Source: Felis catus (lineage: Eukaryota). Taken from it: a DNA stretch of 64,000 bases. The stretch lies in the NCBI RefSeq assembly GCF_018350175.1, contig NC_058368.1, positions 34,226,001 through 34,290,000 of the forward strand, written 5' to 3'. A model generated the notes under the pieces. That model had not been told where the DNA came from and did no database searches. It worked only from the letters and a program-made list of their open reading frames with translations. Below are positions 26,330 through 39,659 of this stretch, piece after piece. Every line of letters begins with the position of its first letter. Position 1 is the first letter of the stretch. The position numbers and the translations under genes were made by a program.

Positions 26330-27616
26330 ATGTAACTGAATAATGGAACTCTTGATAAATATTAAGTCAGATTAAGTTATTCACCGAATCCTGGTGGCTC
26401 TTTCAAAGGTATTTTATATAACATAATAATACTACATTAAACTCAGATGTAGAAGAGAACCAAAAGGAAATCTACTAAAAAGACATCCAATTATGATAGC
26501 AAAATATACGGAATATATAATAAAATATGTACAAAATGTATTGAATGCCTAAGAGTATTAAATGCAGGATTATTTGTGGAGAGGATAATTGGATTATAAG
26601 ATTTGTGTTTATGCTTGAGAAGGAAGGGAGTGGGAGAAAACCAAAAGTGGCTGAAAAAACACCATACAGTACAATTCATCATCTTAAGTAATAAAGAGGA
26701 TGTACATGTATCAAGATGGATGGGGCATTAGCACATGTAACTAAGTGAAAAAAAAATTAAAGAACAGAATACAATATACAACACACCAGTGTTTTCTACC
26801 TATAAAAAAATTACAAATTTTATAAGGATACATGCAAACAAAAATGATATACGTAAAATACACAAGAAAGGTTGCTACTGTTTGGGAGCATGGAATACTC
26901 CGTGTTTGGGATATGGAAATGAGAATAAATGGAACAAACAAATGGTAGGTTTCTGTAAACTGAACTCCCCCTTCCCCAACGCAAAATAAAACCAATAAAA
27001 ATTGTTGAGAAATAAGTGAAGACCTAACTAAAAGGATTTTGGCAATGAGAAGATTATTTACAAAACTACTGATTCGCCCACCTTATTCCACTGCAGTAAG
27101 GAATAAAGAAATAAAATGACAGTAAAGTTCAAAAGAATAAGAGGAACTGGTAAGAATAGCAAAGAATAATTTAAAACAAAGACTAATTGAAATTCATTCA
27201 AAAATAAGTACATTCAGTAATTATTTGCTGAGCTATTTTTCTAGGCACAGGAAACAAAAATTAATCTAAAAGACAAAAGCTTGCCTTCATGAGACTCATA
27301 TTCAAGTAGAATTAAGTTCCAAACTGTTAGTATATATAGCACTAATGAAGAAAAAAAAAATCCCACAAAGCAAAGTATTAGAAAGTTACACGCAACAGTG
27401 TTTTGAATGGTCATAATTCTGATAATTCCAGTTTCCTTTTTAAAGTTTATTATTGCCATATTTGAAAGACAAACATTTGTTATTTTGAAAAAAAAAAACA
27501 TTGATTAAGCACAGACAGAAAAAAAATTATAAGGGTAAAGTGTAAAACAAAGAAACTAAAAATAAACTTAACTTCAAAGTAGTGCACATATTACAGTACA
27601 TATCGAATATTTAAAT

Positions 27617-27858
27617 GGGGCATCTGGGTGACTGGTTAAGCGTCTGACTTTTGATTTCTGCTCAGGTCATGATCTCACAGATAGTGAGTTTGAGCCTCAT
27701 GTCAGGCTCTGCATTGACAGCGCAGAGCCTACCTGGGATTCTTTCTCTCTCCCTCTCTTTCTTTCTCTGTCTCTCTCTCTCCCTGCCCCTCCTCTGCTCC
27801 CTTGTTCACTCTCTCTTTCTCTCTCAAAATAAATACACAATTGAAAAGATATTTAAAA
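27617..27858 (+). mobile_element. SINEC
   Basis: ggggcatctgggtg...ctcaggtcatgatctc...(CT)n, aaaataaa. Confidence 0.94.
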
Positions 27859-27899
27859 ATAGCATTTTAAATGTGTATAATGATTTACCATATGGTAAA

Positions 27900-28170
27900 A
27901 CCAGTGGTTTAAAGTGCATCTTATTTCATATTCACTGGAGAAGTGGATCAACATGGGCTACCTAAGTTCAAACAGTGGTTCGTCACTGACTAGCTGTGTA
28001 AATTTGGCAAACCACTTATCTATCCTTTCTGTACTTCAATTTGATTATTTTGTGAAGCAGGGATTGCAATCATGCGTACTTCATAAGGTGATCAAAAATA
28101 TTAAATAGTAATCTATATAAAGTACTTAAAATGATATCTCACACTAGTAAGCCCCCAGTGACAGCCAATA
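27900..28170 (+). mobile_element. MIR
   Basis: cactgactagctgtgtaaatttggcaaaccactt...cttcataaggtgatcaaaaatattaaatag. Confidence 0.65.
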
Positions 28171-30527
28171 TTATTCTGTTGTAGAATCTTCTATAGGAGG
28201 TGATAGAATACATTTGAATAATTTATATAACAAAGTTGGGAATATAAAATTTATCTACTCATAAAATTCTAAATCAAATATATTCCCAAACCTGAAGAAA
28301 TATTTACCTTATAATCTTAATTCAGTGTGAAAATTTTACTATATCTTATTACTATGTGATTTACATTTATATATAGTAACATTTGTTATTATCTCTCTCG
28401 GGGTGTGCAGCAATACAAAATGCGATTTTTTTGTTCCTTTCAAGGAGTCTTTGCTTCTCCTTGCAAACATATGTTAGGAACCCTATCACTAGATTGCTAT
28501 ACAATTTATTTAGGTACATAAAGTTTTTGCTAACTGCTAATTTGCCGACTGCTCTGGTGTTGCTCAATTTGGAGAATTTTTTGTATTCTTCTAAGGAGGG
28601 GTGGTTATGAAGATAGTGGATGATATCAGCTCATGAAGTAATCCTCCTGTGATTAAGATGAAGACAACGTGGAGGACGGACACAGAGTCAGGATTTCAGC
28701 TGGACCTGTGGTATGGCTGTCTGGAGAGGGTTTGACTTCACGTTGCAGATGTGGGTCTCAGAGACAAAGGATGTATTATGAAGTATGAAAAATGTGCTAC
28801 CTAACAGTGTTTCTTATACCTTTGGTTGCATCACTGCCTTTATTTTGATATTTAGGTAATGTTGAGTAATGTACTTAGGAATATGAAAGTTGTGTGGCTT
28901 TATCTTTATTTTTAATCGATGGATGACTTTTTGAGGATGCTAAAGAAGTTCGAGGGATTCTTTCTAGATACCTAAAAGTCACTGATAAAATTAGAGTTTG
29001 AATAAACACACAAATATGCCAGACTGAAAGATTTTCACTTTTCTTAATCTGTTCATTGACTGTGATCCCTAAAATAAATATTTGGAGAAAAGAACATGCG
29101 GCCCAATGTCATCCATTAACTGTAGATAGTTCTTTTAGATCTGAGATACTCTAAATAATAGATCAGTTATCTTTGTTATAAATGTGGGTCATTCTATTTG
29201 CCTCAAAAGGAATCCATGACTTCTTGAAGCAGAAGAAATTCTGATTTGTGGAACAGCAGTAATGGCTGAGACTTTTAATATCTACTATTGTTAAATGAAT
29301 TGGTAAGTGGATGATATTGAAGAGGATTTGTACATAAAAGGAGTTAAATGACAAAAATGAACAATGGAATCAGGCAAGATAAATGTGAAAAGACCTAAAT
29401 ATTATGGGTCAGGAATTTTAGCATGACTCTATTAGAGAAACCACAAGATCAGAATTTTTACTATATTCTTAAACTATTTAGGGGTGAAGATTCCGAAACA
29501 AACTTCCTCCGTTTCAGATCCTGGGACCTAGAATTTTCTACCTTTATGACCTTAATTGGGTGAATTACTTACCCTAATATAGTTCGATTTTCTCATAACA
29601 TGTAATACATCTGAGTTTTTTAGCATTAAATAAGTTAATATATGCAAAGGGCTTAGAAAAGGGTTCATAGTACGTATCACGTCAATATTGAATATTTGTA
29701 TTGCCCTTCTTGTTCTGCATACAGATACTGAGAAGTTTTTTGGCCTGTGGGCATTGGGACCCATAGATACAGGGCAATGTTGTTTTTGCTGTTTTTCAGA
29801 CTACTGAATTACTTGTCTTCCTGACATTATCTATAAAGACCACATCTGTAGCTCTCTTTAGACAATTCTAGAACAGGATTTTCATGTCTAGAAGTTATAT
29901 GATGATTGCCGTGTTTTGATACTCAATCTGTCTTGTTTTTTTTAGTGCTGTTTGTTTTATCTTCAAGTCATCCAAAAACTGCAAGACTGCTGTTATAAGG
30001 AATGATACAGATCAAATTAATGGGTCTGTATGAAAAGCATACCTATTAGTATTGATGAGGAAAGGAGTACAGGCATTTTTATTCATAAACATTTGTATTT
30101 GTATTGGGAGTTGAGAAAAAGAGAGTGAAGTGACTGTACCTTAAGTTAAAATAAAAAGACTGAGTAATAACCACAGGGGCTTTGAAATCTCATTCCTATC
30201 CAGTGGAAGCTGAAGGTCTTGATGGATAAGATATAGATGATAGAGTTGGAGCCCCATGAAGGTCGTGGTTTAAAAGGGAGTTAACTAATGCTCTGTGATC
30301 CTGTGAACACAGAAGTTCACTTGGAAGAGATCTGTGCTAAGCTTTGGAAATTTTCCTTTGGTAAAGTCAAAATAAGGATAATAAAATGCAATTTACCCCA
30401 CTTAATCCCCAGAACATCTACAATATCCATATCCTCCTGCTCACCTTTGTGAGACCATAGTTATCTAGAGAGGTGATTTGAGTACCAACCACCAACCACA
30501 GGAAATTTAGAGAGAATTCCACTCATT

Positions 30528-30565
30528 CTCTTTCGCTCTGTCTCTCTCTCTCTATCTCTTTGTTT

Positions 30566-30604
<39 letters not shown>

Positions 30605-30635
30605 AGTTTATCTCTTTCTCTCTCTCCCACTCTCT
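30528..30635. repeat. (TC)n-(CA)n-(TC)n compound microsatellite
   Basis: CA run 30569-30602 flanked by TC runs. Confidence 0.95.
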
Positions 30636-31220
30636 CTAAAAGTAAAAGAGAATCAGTAAGAAATCTGATACCCAGAGATTTGTACAACCAGAAACTCATA
30701 GATCATTGCTTAGAATGCAATTCTGCAAATTTCCAGGTATCTATCCTTTTACCATACAAAACTATATGCTTTTTACAACTCTTTTGTGTGACATTAAGCT
30801 AATATTTGCAAAGTTTAATAGTAGCAAGTATAAATGCCATTTACAAAGAATTAAATAATTTTAAATATAATTACTCTGTTGATGAAGATAATAGTTTGGG
30901 GAGGAAATCATAGTTTGTCATTTATTTAAAAAAACTCATTTCCATTGAACTATTTATTTTAATTAATTTGATTTCGTAGGATTTGTCCCCATAGCACATA
31001 ATGAAATCTTAATAAAAATGAGAATAAACGTTACCAATTTAGTTTCTACATTTATATGCCAAGGTAGTTTAAAACCCTTTTTTTTCCTTCCTTAACATAT
31101 GATGTTTTTCTGTAATAATTCCAATGCCACAAAAATTTTGAATGTTATCCGCTGTAAGAAGCCATTCTCATTCATTTCTGAACTAAGCTGTCATTGATTC
31201 CATTAGATTTCCTATGATAT

Positions 31221-31558
31221 TGAAAAGAAAAGCTAGTAAAAACAAGATAAAAGTGGCCAGCCAGATGTCTGGGGCCAGATACTCCCCTTGCATACTTTTG
31301 GCTCCTGTAATCTTGCTTGCCTCCTGTGTCCACCAACTGTCTGCATAGCACCACTGATAAGGGCCACCTCCCCTTTTTCTTTTGTTTCTCAACACCCTAC
31401 CATCCCAGCCATAAAAGCAGGCTGATGTCAAGGTTCAGGGCTCAGCCTCTGGAAGTGACTCCTCTGGGCCAGCACCGGTGTGCAATAAACAGTTTTTTCC
31501 TAATTCCCCTCGTGCGTGTGGCTTGTCTCTTTCTGGGAGCCAAATATTTGCTGTAACC
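31221..31558 (+). mobile_element. Solo LTR (ERV1-like)
   Basis: Starts tgaaaag, ends tgtaacc (terminal CA changed to CC), perfect 4-bp TSD atat, cataaaa TATA-like motif and aataaa. Confidence 0.8.
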
Positions 31559-32999
31559 ATATAATTATGGTCTAATATTGTTATAGAATTGCTCTTGACA
31601 TGATTAGTTGTCTGTGATTGATTCTTACAACTTTATTTTAAGCCAAAAGCCACACTTCAAAAGACAACCTAAAGCAAATACATAAAAGTATTAACAATTT
31701 TAGAATCTAGATAGTGATTATATGGTTATTTACTGTACATTTCTTTCAACTTCGTTGTATGTTTGTAGTTTTTATAATAAAATATTGGGGGAAAGTCTGA
31801 TACAGACATATAGTTAAACTAGAGAATCCTCTGGAATAGCCCTATACGATAATTTTCTTTGGCTCTTGGGATACTTTTAATTGCTACATCTTCACCTCCT
31901 TGAGAATCATGAATTGGAATCATTGATCAATGAATGATACTGTCTTTTGTCTTAAACAATGCTAATTAGCATTCAGTTGAGAGTATAGCAAACAGTGCAT
32001 ATAGTAAATGAGATTCATGGCTCTTTTAGTTTTTGTCACTGACTCTGAGTAAGTTTATCTGGCAGAATTTCAAACTCTTACTGTTTAGGTTTACATATCA
32101 ATTTACATGAGGGGAAGGAATATCTCTCTATTGTTTACCAGTGTCCAAAGTTTAAGGAGACCCTGATGTGGCAGATTTGTATTCAGTACTTGTTGAATTT
32201 GAATTTGTAAATGGAAAACTGTCTTCTTACTAACGATGGATCAGGATATTTAATACCTATTATATTACCTAGATAGCAGGTTCATCTATAAACGTTTCAT
32301 TAAGTGAAGAAAAAAGGAAGCAAGGAAAAAAAAAAGAAGCAAGGAAAGAAGGATGGAAGGAAACAGAAAAAAAAGAAGAAATTATTGTTCTTTGCTTTGA
32401 TTTGGTCAGTGTTCAGCTGTTTAGTTAAGTCTCTCCTAAGTCCTCTCAATACAAATCAAATTTAAAGGAAAAAAAACCCTTTTTCCTTAATTTCTCAATT
32501 TCAGTCAGCTGCCTCACCTTTCCTCATGTTTTCCTGATACATAGCTCTGGATCTGAGAGAAAATGGGATGTCAGTAAATTAATCTGTATGCAACTTGGTG
32601 GGAGTGGTAAAGTGAGAAGGGTTTCCTTAGGATCCTTGGTTCCTTGCGATATGACTTGCATCTTTGACTAGTACACAAACAATGAATTTCAGTAAACTGA
32701 ATCATTTTAGAATTAAATCCATTAAATATTCTTTGTGATGTTTAAAAGTGCTTACAGAAGGCCTCCACCTGCCTTTCCCCTTAAACAATACAGCTTGTCT
32801 TAAGTTGGCCACATTTAAATTTAAAGCAATGCAACCAATTTTATGTATCAACTACCATGGGCAAAGTTTTGCATTGAATGTTGTAAAAACATATAAAGGG
32901 AATAAAAGTCAAACTTCTGATTCAATTATTGTTGTTTCAGAGATAATGGTAAATGGTTAAAGAACTTAAAAAAAAATCAGTCTCAGTCTCCAGGGATTT

Positions 33000-33213
33000 A
33001 AAAAAAAATTTTAATGTTTATTTATTTTTGAGACAGAGAGAGACAGAGCATGAACGGGGAAGGGTCAGAGAGAGGGAGACACAGAATCTGAAACAGGCTC
33101 CAGGCTCTGAGCTGTCAGCACAGAGCCCGATGCAGGGCTCGAACTCACGGACCGCGAGACCATGACCTGAGCCAAAGTCAGCCCCTTAACCGACTGAGCC
33201 ACCCAGGCGCCCC
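33000..33213 (-). mobile_element. SINEC_Fc-type SINE (young)
   Basis: Near-consensus with CpGs retained; TSD tccagggattt. Confidence 0.97.
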
Positions 33214-33546
33214 TCCAGGGATTTTTTATAAGAATTAGAAGGAAGGAAAAGAAAGAGATAGACATTGTATGCCTATATGCCTACCTTACTAATATCCATC
33301 TATGTCCTCAAGATTGACCCTTACCTGTACACTCCAATATACACATAGTTGCTGGTTTTACTTTTGTATATGTTTAAAACAAATTAAAATCTTTACTTCT
33401 GAATGCTGTAAGTAGGCAGAGTTAGAGCAGTGATAGTTCAAAGACCCCCATTTGGCAAGTAAGCTCCCAAAACAAGAATAAAACCTTTTTCTAGATCGCA
33501 GAAGTCCAGAGAGAAAGAGAAAGAGATTAATTAAAGTGAAAAGAGA

Positions 33547-33547
33547 A

Positions 33548-33603
<56 letters not shown>
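33547..33603. repeat. (CA)n(CG)n(CA)n microsatellite
   Basis: Direct inspection. Confidence 0.97.
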
Positions 33604-33604
<1 letters not shown>

Positions 33605-35576
33605 CTTCCTATTATTGTCATGACGGTGATTCTTTTTCCTACTCTGCTTACAAAGTCTCTCTCCTTCAAGTATGTTCTGTGATAAAACAATAGTCTCTTC
33701 AAGTAAAATTCAAAACATTGCAGTATTTATGAATAAATCTCCTTCCTGAACCCATATTTTTGGAATCCTAAAAGGGTTGATAATATAAATTCTGTCACAT
33801 TTACATATTATGTTCTTTCTCATCCAGTTTTAACTTCTGTACAGTCATTAATCTTGGAAGTTAGGTTTATTTTTATGTAAGGTTTAACATTTTTTCAAGT
33901 CTCTTGACACAGTGTACCATTTGCTTACCACATTTTCCCCTTTGAGCTCCTCAAGTGCTTATTTAAATGGCATGGATAACACTAGATTTCTCCCACACTC
34001 TGAAGTAATTTACATAAGCATCCTCAGGGGTCTCTGAAGTTCCTAGTGAACATAGCATTGCCCGGGATAATAGGATGCCTAGACAATGGTTTGTCCTTTG
34101 AATACTGACTTTTACTTATGGTTTCAGGATCTTTGTAGAAGAGCCTGAACTTCTTTAAGGTTTTTGTTTCTGTGGGAAGGAAAAATATGCTGAATCAAAG
34201 CTCTGTAGTGTGCTTTCAATTTCTACATTTTAGCAGACACTCGAAGCTAACGAACCGAGCTGTCTCTGAAGTATTGTTGGGTATGATGGCTAGGGAGGAG
34301 GGAAAAACCTGCTGCTCTGTGGTGGAGAAAGAAATCCAGGGTTTCTTTGTGCTGAGTGAGATAACATACCCTTTACATGCTCTCCTACACAGCTGGTGAA
34401 AATGACTTTCTTCCCTGATTTCTTTCCTCTCCCTGCTCTTCTCCTGCCTCACCTTATTGGTTCGTTTGTTCATGGGAGAAAGCCTAGCTGTTATGCAAAC
34501 TGTAGGATGAATTGAGGACGAAATCCCCAGGGTATATTCCTTTATTTTGTAAGGTGATTTTATATCACCAAATGATGCATAGCTGGGCAGGAGAATCCCT
34601 GTCAGGGGCATGTGTTTCTGTTGTTAAGTTCTAAGATTTTGAAAGGAAATGCTCCTTTAGCAGCATATGACCTGATAGTTTTATGGCTTGGTTTTATTAA
34701 ATTTGCTTTGATTCAGATTTTCTTTAAATTGTATAATATTAAAATATTGTCAAATACGCTTCATGCTTTTATTCCTGATATTTTCAATTTAAGTCTGTAG
34801 TGACCACTGCCAAGCTATGAAGATGTTTCAACTCACAGAGGTATTTGGTACACCTCAAATTATTTACCAGAACCTCAGATCTTCCCGTCAGCACCACAAC
34901 ACGGATTCAAATCATGGATCAATTAAAGTTCAGTCTCTTGACACAGTGTATCATATTAATACTATCCGATGCCCGTGGTTTGGGGAGAGAAGTAGTCATT
35001 CAGAGTACTGGGAAATGAAAAAGAAATCCCTTTGCTTTTTTTGCTTTCTAATTTTTCAGTTTGAAATTAAAGCAGACTATTTTACAGAAGGGACCAAAGC
35101 TTAATATGTTTCAAAAATTAATGGAGTGTAATTGGATCTGTAATATCCAATCTCTAATGAGATGCCAAGTTGGTATTGCAGGAAGGATCTAGGACTGTAA
35201 CCTGGAATAAGGTTTGAAAAACCATAAAAGTCCTGTCACTTAATAACTGTGTCACTTTGATGAGGTCGCTACACCTCTTTAGACATCAGCTTCAATGTGT
35301 AGAATACATTATTATCATAAATATATATGGAGGAGAGAGACAGAGCAATTAGAGTTCCACAGAATGATCTCTGAAGGAATTTCTCATCCTACCCCCAACA
35401 GACACGAGAACAAGCACACGTAGAAACACACGAATCATGTAGGTATTTTACCAGTTAGATCAGCCTAGAATGGTCTACAAAGCCTACTGAACCACCAGTT
35501 TTCCCCATCTATTCAATAAATGTAATGTATTAGTAGATTTGTGTGAGTGAGAAATAAAGTTAAAAATACAGATTCA

Positions 35577-35790
35577 GGGGACACCTGGGTGGCTGAGTCA
35601 GCTAAGTGTCCCACTCTTGATTTCAGCTCAGGTCATAATCTCACAGTTAGTGAGTTCAAGTCCCACATCAGGCTCTGGGGTGACAGTGCAGATCCTGCTT
35701 CGGATTCTTTCTCTCCCTTTCTCTCTGTCCCAACCCCCACTTGTGCTGTCTTTGTCTCCCTCAAAGAATAAATAAATAAATTTAAAAACA
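35577..35790 (+). mobile_element. SINEC
   Basis: ggggacacctgggtggctgagtcag; TSD core aaatacaga. Confidence 0.94.
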
Positions 35791-36189
35791 AATACAGACT
35801 TGATCATCAAGAAACAATAGACATACATGGAAAGATAATTAATAATATAAGGACTTTTATGAACATGTCCCAGTTAATGCTTGTTTAGTTAGGGCTAAGG
35901 GACAACATGCGTTTTGAACAATCTAATTTTAAAAGGGAAATATTTAAGGGTGGAGATGATCTCACAACAGTGCAGACAATGCCTAGTTAACTAGGCTTGA
36001 GGAAGGGCAGGAAACAGGCCAGTTTTAGTGAAGTCTCATTCTTTCATTGCTTTACAACTTCATAATCCTAGTCTGATCTTGCTGTGTTTGGTTACTTCTC
36101 CACTGTCTACACCTTCCCCATGTTGCCATGCATGTGGACACATCCTTCCTTCCTTCTTTCCTTCTTTCCCTCCTTCCTTCCTTCTTTTT

Positions 36190-36900
36190 GCCATTCATTG
36201 GCTCATTCAGTTATTTCTTTTTAATGAGTTTCCACCACCTAGAAGACATTATCTAGGTTACCTCTGCAAATACAAAACTGAATAAGACATACTATTGGTT
36301 TATAAGGAAATTGAAGACTACAAGTGAGATAAAACAATACAATAGACAAATTGAAGGGAAGTGTGGCTCTTACATAAAAGTAGTGCATACACATTATTTT
36401 AAGTGAAAGCAGTGACTAGCAGGATAAAGAAAGTATTCAGAGAAGAAGAGTTATTTGAACTGGATTTAGAAGTATAAATAGTATTGCATTTCACTGAGAA
36501 GGGAAATCACGTATTTCAAGGAGAAAAAATTGGCACAATTAATGCATAAAAGCAAGAAGATAAAGTATTTATTGGGGGAAGGCTATGTATTCTTATTTAA
36601 GGAGGACATAATGAGAAGTATAAGTAGGCCAAGTTCAAATACAGGATGTGAAATTTAAACATTAATCCATTTACAGTGAGATCCGGTGTAAGTTTTTATC
36701 AGTGCTGTGCTTGGTTAAAATACCTATTCAGAAAAATGTATTATAATTTTTAGAAGTTATATCTGGAAAAACAGGATCACCAGGAAGATGTGAACCAGAA
36801 GCCTGGCATCGATATAAAAGGTGACTATGAGAGAAATTAATAAGGTATAATTAAAAATTCTGGCTGCTATTTGAAGGCTAAGGAAGAAATGAAGGAGGAC
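36190..36900 (-). mobile_element. L2 fragments
   Basis: cattcattggctcattcag...ttatttgaactggatttagaagtataaatag; boundaries approximate. Confidence 0.5.
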
Positions 36901-36995
36901 AAAAAAATGAAACTGTGGTATTTAGCTTGAATGGATACACAAATCATTTCACTAGTAACAAATATACAAAAGTAGAATAAAAATTAATATGGATA

Positions 36996-37220
36996 TGGGT
37001 GACTGGGTGGCTCAGTTGGTTAAGCGTCAGACTTTAGCTCAGGTCATGATCTCATGGTCTGTGAGTTCGAGCTTCCACATCAGGCTCTGGGCTGACAGCT
37101 CAGAGCCTGGAGCTTGCTTTGGATTCTGTTTCTCTGTCTCTCTCTGCCCCTCCCCTGCTTTCTCTCTCTCTCTCTTTCAAAAATAAATATATGTTAAAAA
37201 ACTAAAAATAAATTAAAGAT
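36996..37220 (+). mobile_element. SINEC
   Basis: gggtgactgggtggctcagttggttaag; TSD aaattaatatggat. Confidence 0.95.
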
Positions 37221-37395
37221 AAATTAATATGGATGTAATGAGAGGATTCAGGGGTGTTACATAAGGTAAATTCAGTACTTAACATATTGAATATCAGAGT
37301 ATCTATTCTCTCGGGTGAAATTATGATTTGAGAAATATTTTTGGTAGCAATTAAAATATGTATCAATTAAAAATTATTTTTTCTCTGATACTTAA

Positions 37396-38125
37396 TGATG
37401 AGTGAGCATGGGGCAGGCTGAGGGCAAAATACAAGCTAGCACCGCTACCCTCATCCAAGGTGGGATGTGTGTGATATTCCTCGGCCACTCCTGGTTGCCC
37501 AAGGACAAAGGAAAGGGAAGAAAACAAATGGTGAACTGATAGAGATCACAGTTATACAGGACACGGGTCTCCATCAGTTTACAAATATTTTAGTATATTA
37601 CAAGAGAAAGGTGATCTTATCTATAGCCTAATCTCCAGAAACTTAGAGACTCTGTTTCCTGGAGCCCCAACATCACCCATTCATAGTGATATGGGGAACA
37701 AAGGCAAGAAGGAGATGGCAGGTAAAGTTAAATTTCATTATAACCTGTAGCCCATTGACAGACACTTGAGGCTGGCCTAGTTAAACATTTCTCCAGGAAC
37801 TCCCTACTGTCATAAGATTAATGCCTTACTAGAGGAAAAACAACCTTGACAAGAGCAAGGCCTCAGGTAATTTAGGAATCCTCTTTAGGATATCAAAGTC
37901 CTTCTGGAGGCTTCCCTTTTGACTTTACCTCCCCAACTCCATAGTATATAAGGAGCCATTCTTCACAACCCCAGTGCAACTCTTCCTGCCAATGGGTCCT
38001 GTCCCTGTGCTTTATTAAAATCACCTTTTTGCACCAAAGACATCTTCAAGAATTCTTTGAATTCAAAGAGCCTGGTCATCAGGCTCTGGACCCCATGAAG
38101 TCCCCACCATCCAAAAACTTCATCA
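37396..38125 (+). mobile_element. Solo LTR, ~730 bp (carnivore CarLTR/ERV1-like)
   Basis: Inverted termini TGATGA...TCATCA, flanks cttaa/attaa, tatataa box (~37944) and attaaa polyA-like signal (~38014). Confidence 0.85.
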
Positions 38126-38270
38126 ATTAATGAAGAAGGAACTAAAGATGTAAATGCTTTTAAAAGACTTGTGATCTAACTAGAGGAAGAAAATAATATG
38201 GTAGTAAGTACTACAAAAATTAATTGGAAAACAAATGCAAACTAAATTGGGACATGTTAACTTTAAAGAT

Positions 38271-38690
38271 CATATTACTCAGTAATCACAAACAATGAAA
38301 TCCTGCCTTTTGCAACAATATGGATGGGACTAGATTGTATTATGCTAAGTAAAATAGAGAAAGATAAAGATCATATGATTTCACTCTTATGTGGAATTTA
38401 AGAAACAAAACAGATGAAGATAGGAGAAAGGAAGGAAAAATAAGACACAGAGAAGGAGGCAAACAATAAAAGACTCTTAAATACAGAGAACAAACTGAGG
38501 GTTGCTGGAAGGACGTTGGGTGGGAGGATGGGCTAAATGGGTGATGGGCATTAGGAAGGGCACTTGTTGGGATGAACACTGGGTGTTATATGTAAGTGAT
38601 GAATCAATAAATTCTACTCCTGAAACCATTATTACACTACATGTTAAATAACTTGGATTTAAATAAAATAAAAGAAAATTTTAAAAAATA
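38271..38690 (+). mobile_element. 5'-truncated carnivore L1 3' end
   Basis: aatgaaatcctgccttttgcaacaatatggatgg...gaacactgggtgttatatgtaagtgatgaatc; A-rich tail; taaagat flanking duplication. Confidence 0.92.
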
Positions 38691-39659
38691 AAGATTAAAA
38701 GAAGCTTAGAAAAACAGAAGAGGATTCATTGACTGGTACTATTATAATAGGCAGCTTCATTAAGTAGGCAAAGCAACAATATTTTAAAGAGACTAGAGTA
38801 GAAATGTAGATATATCTGAGGGATGGGATTTTATGCTTTGAAAGAATCTGCTTATCAAGTTATAATTAGCTCGGTTATCTGAATGTTCAGGGCGAGATTC
38901 AAGGCTCTCCTGTTTGCATATTCTGTTTACTAATTTAAGTGACTTGAGCAAGACCAGGTAGAGCGCAAAAGAAGCTCTTCACATTATAGTATCTTATTTT
39001 AAGATCACAAGGCCACAATATTTAAGCACTCTGAAGAAAGTCAAGACACAAATATCAATGGCTGAAATATGAACTCTTTGCTTACTCAGAATAGTACTAA
39101 ATTATGAAAGTTTCAGCTTATATTCTAGAATAAGAGATAAATTTATAATTTTGTTAGAAATTGAAGGTAGAATTGCCCCACTAACTTACATACACTGAGA
39201 TTGTTAGTGATTGCTTCTGTTTTTCTCAAGTAGGCAACTGCTGATTCTTTTGTAATTACTCTTCCCCTCAGGGACTATCTCCATGCTCCCTGATCATATT
39301 AAGCCAGAGTTTAGCTAACTCCATTTCTCACTCTCACATAATGGCAAGTTTTCCTCTAAGACCTGCCTTGTAATGGTTTTCTAGAGTTGATATTTTATTG
39401 TGTTTTTTGTCTTGTCATTTGAATTACATAAGGTAGTTACCAACCAATCCTAGACCACCAGAATGTAAAGCTTACACACATATATAAATAACATATATGT
39501 AAAAATTTAAATTTGAATCATGAAACAATACCCGAGAATAGTTATCTTTAACAACACTATTCTAAAAGTCTCAGATTGTACACAAAAGTTATGCCTTCTA
39601 AACATTTTTGGACTCCAAATCTTAAAGAATGATTAAATAGGAATCTTTTCTTACTAAGG

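Noticed and set aside
34216..34611. 131-aa minus-strand ORF (longest in the window)
   Set aside because: No recognisable motif; partly derived from a low-complexity purine tract.
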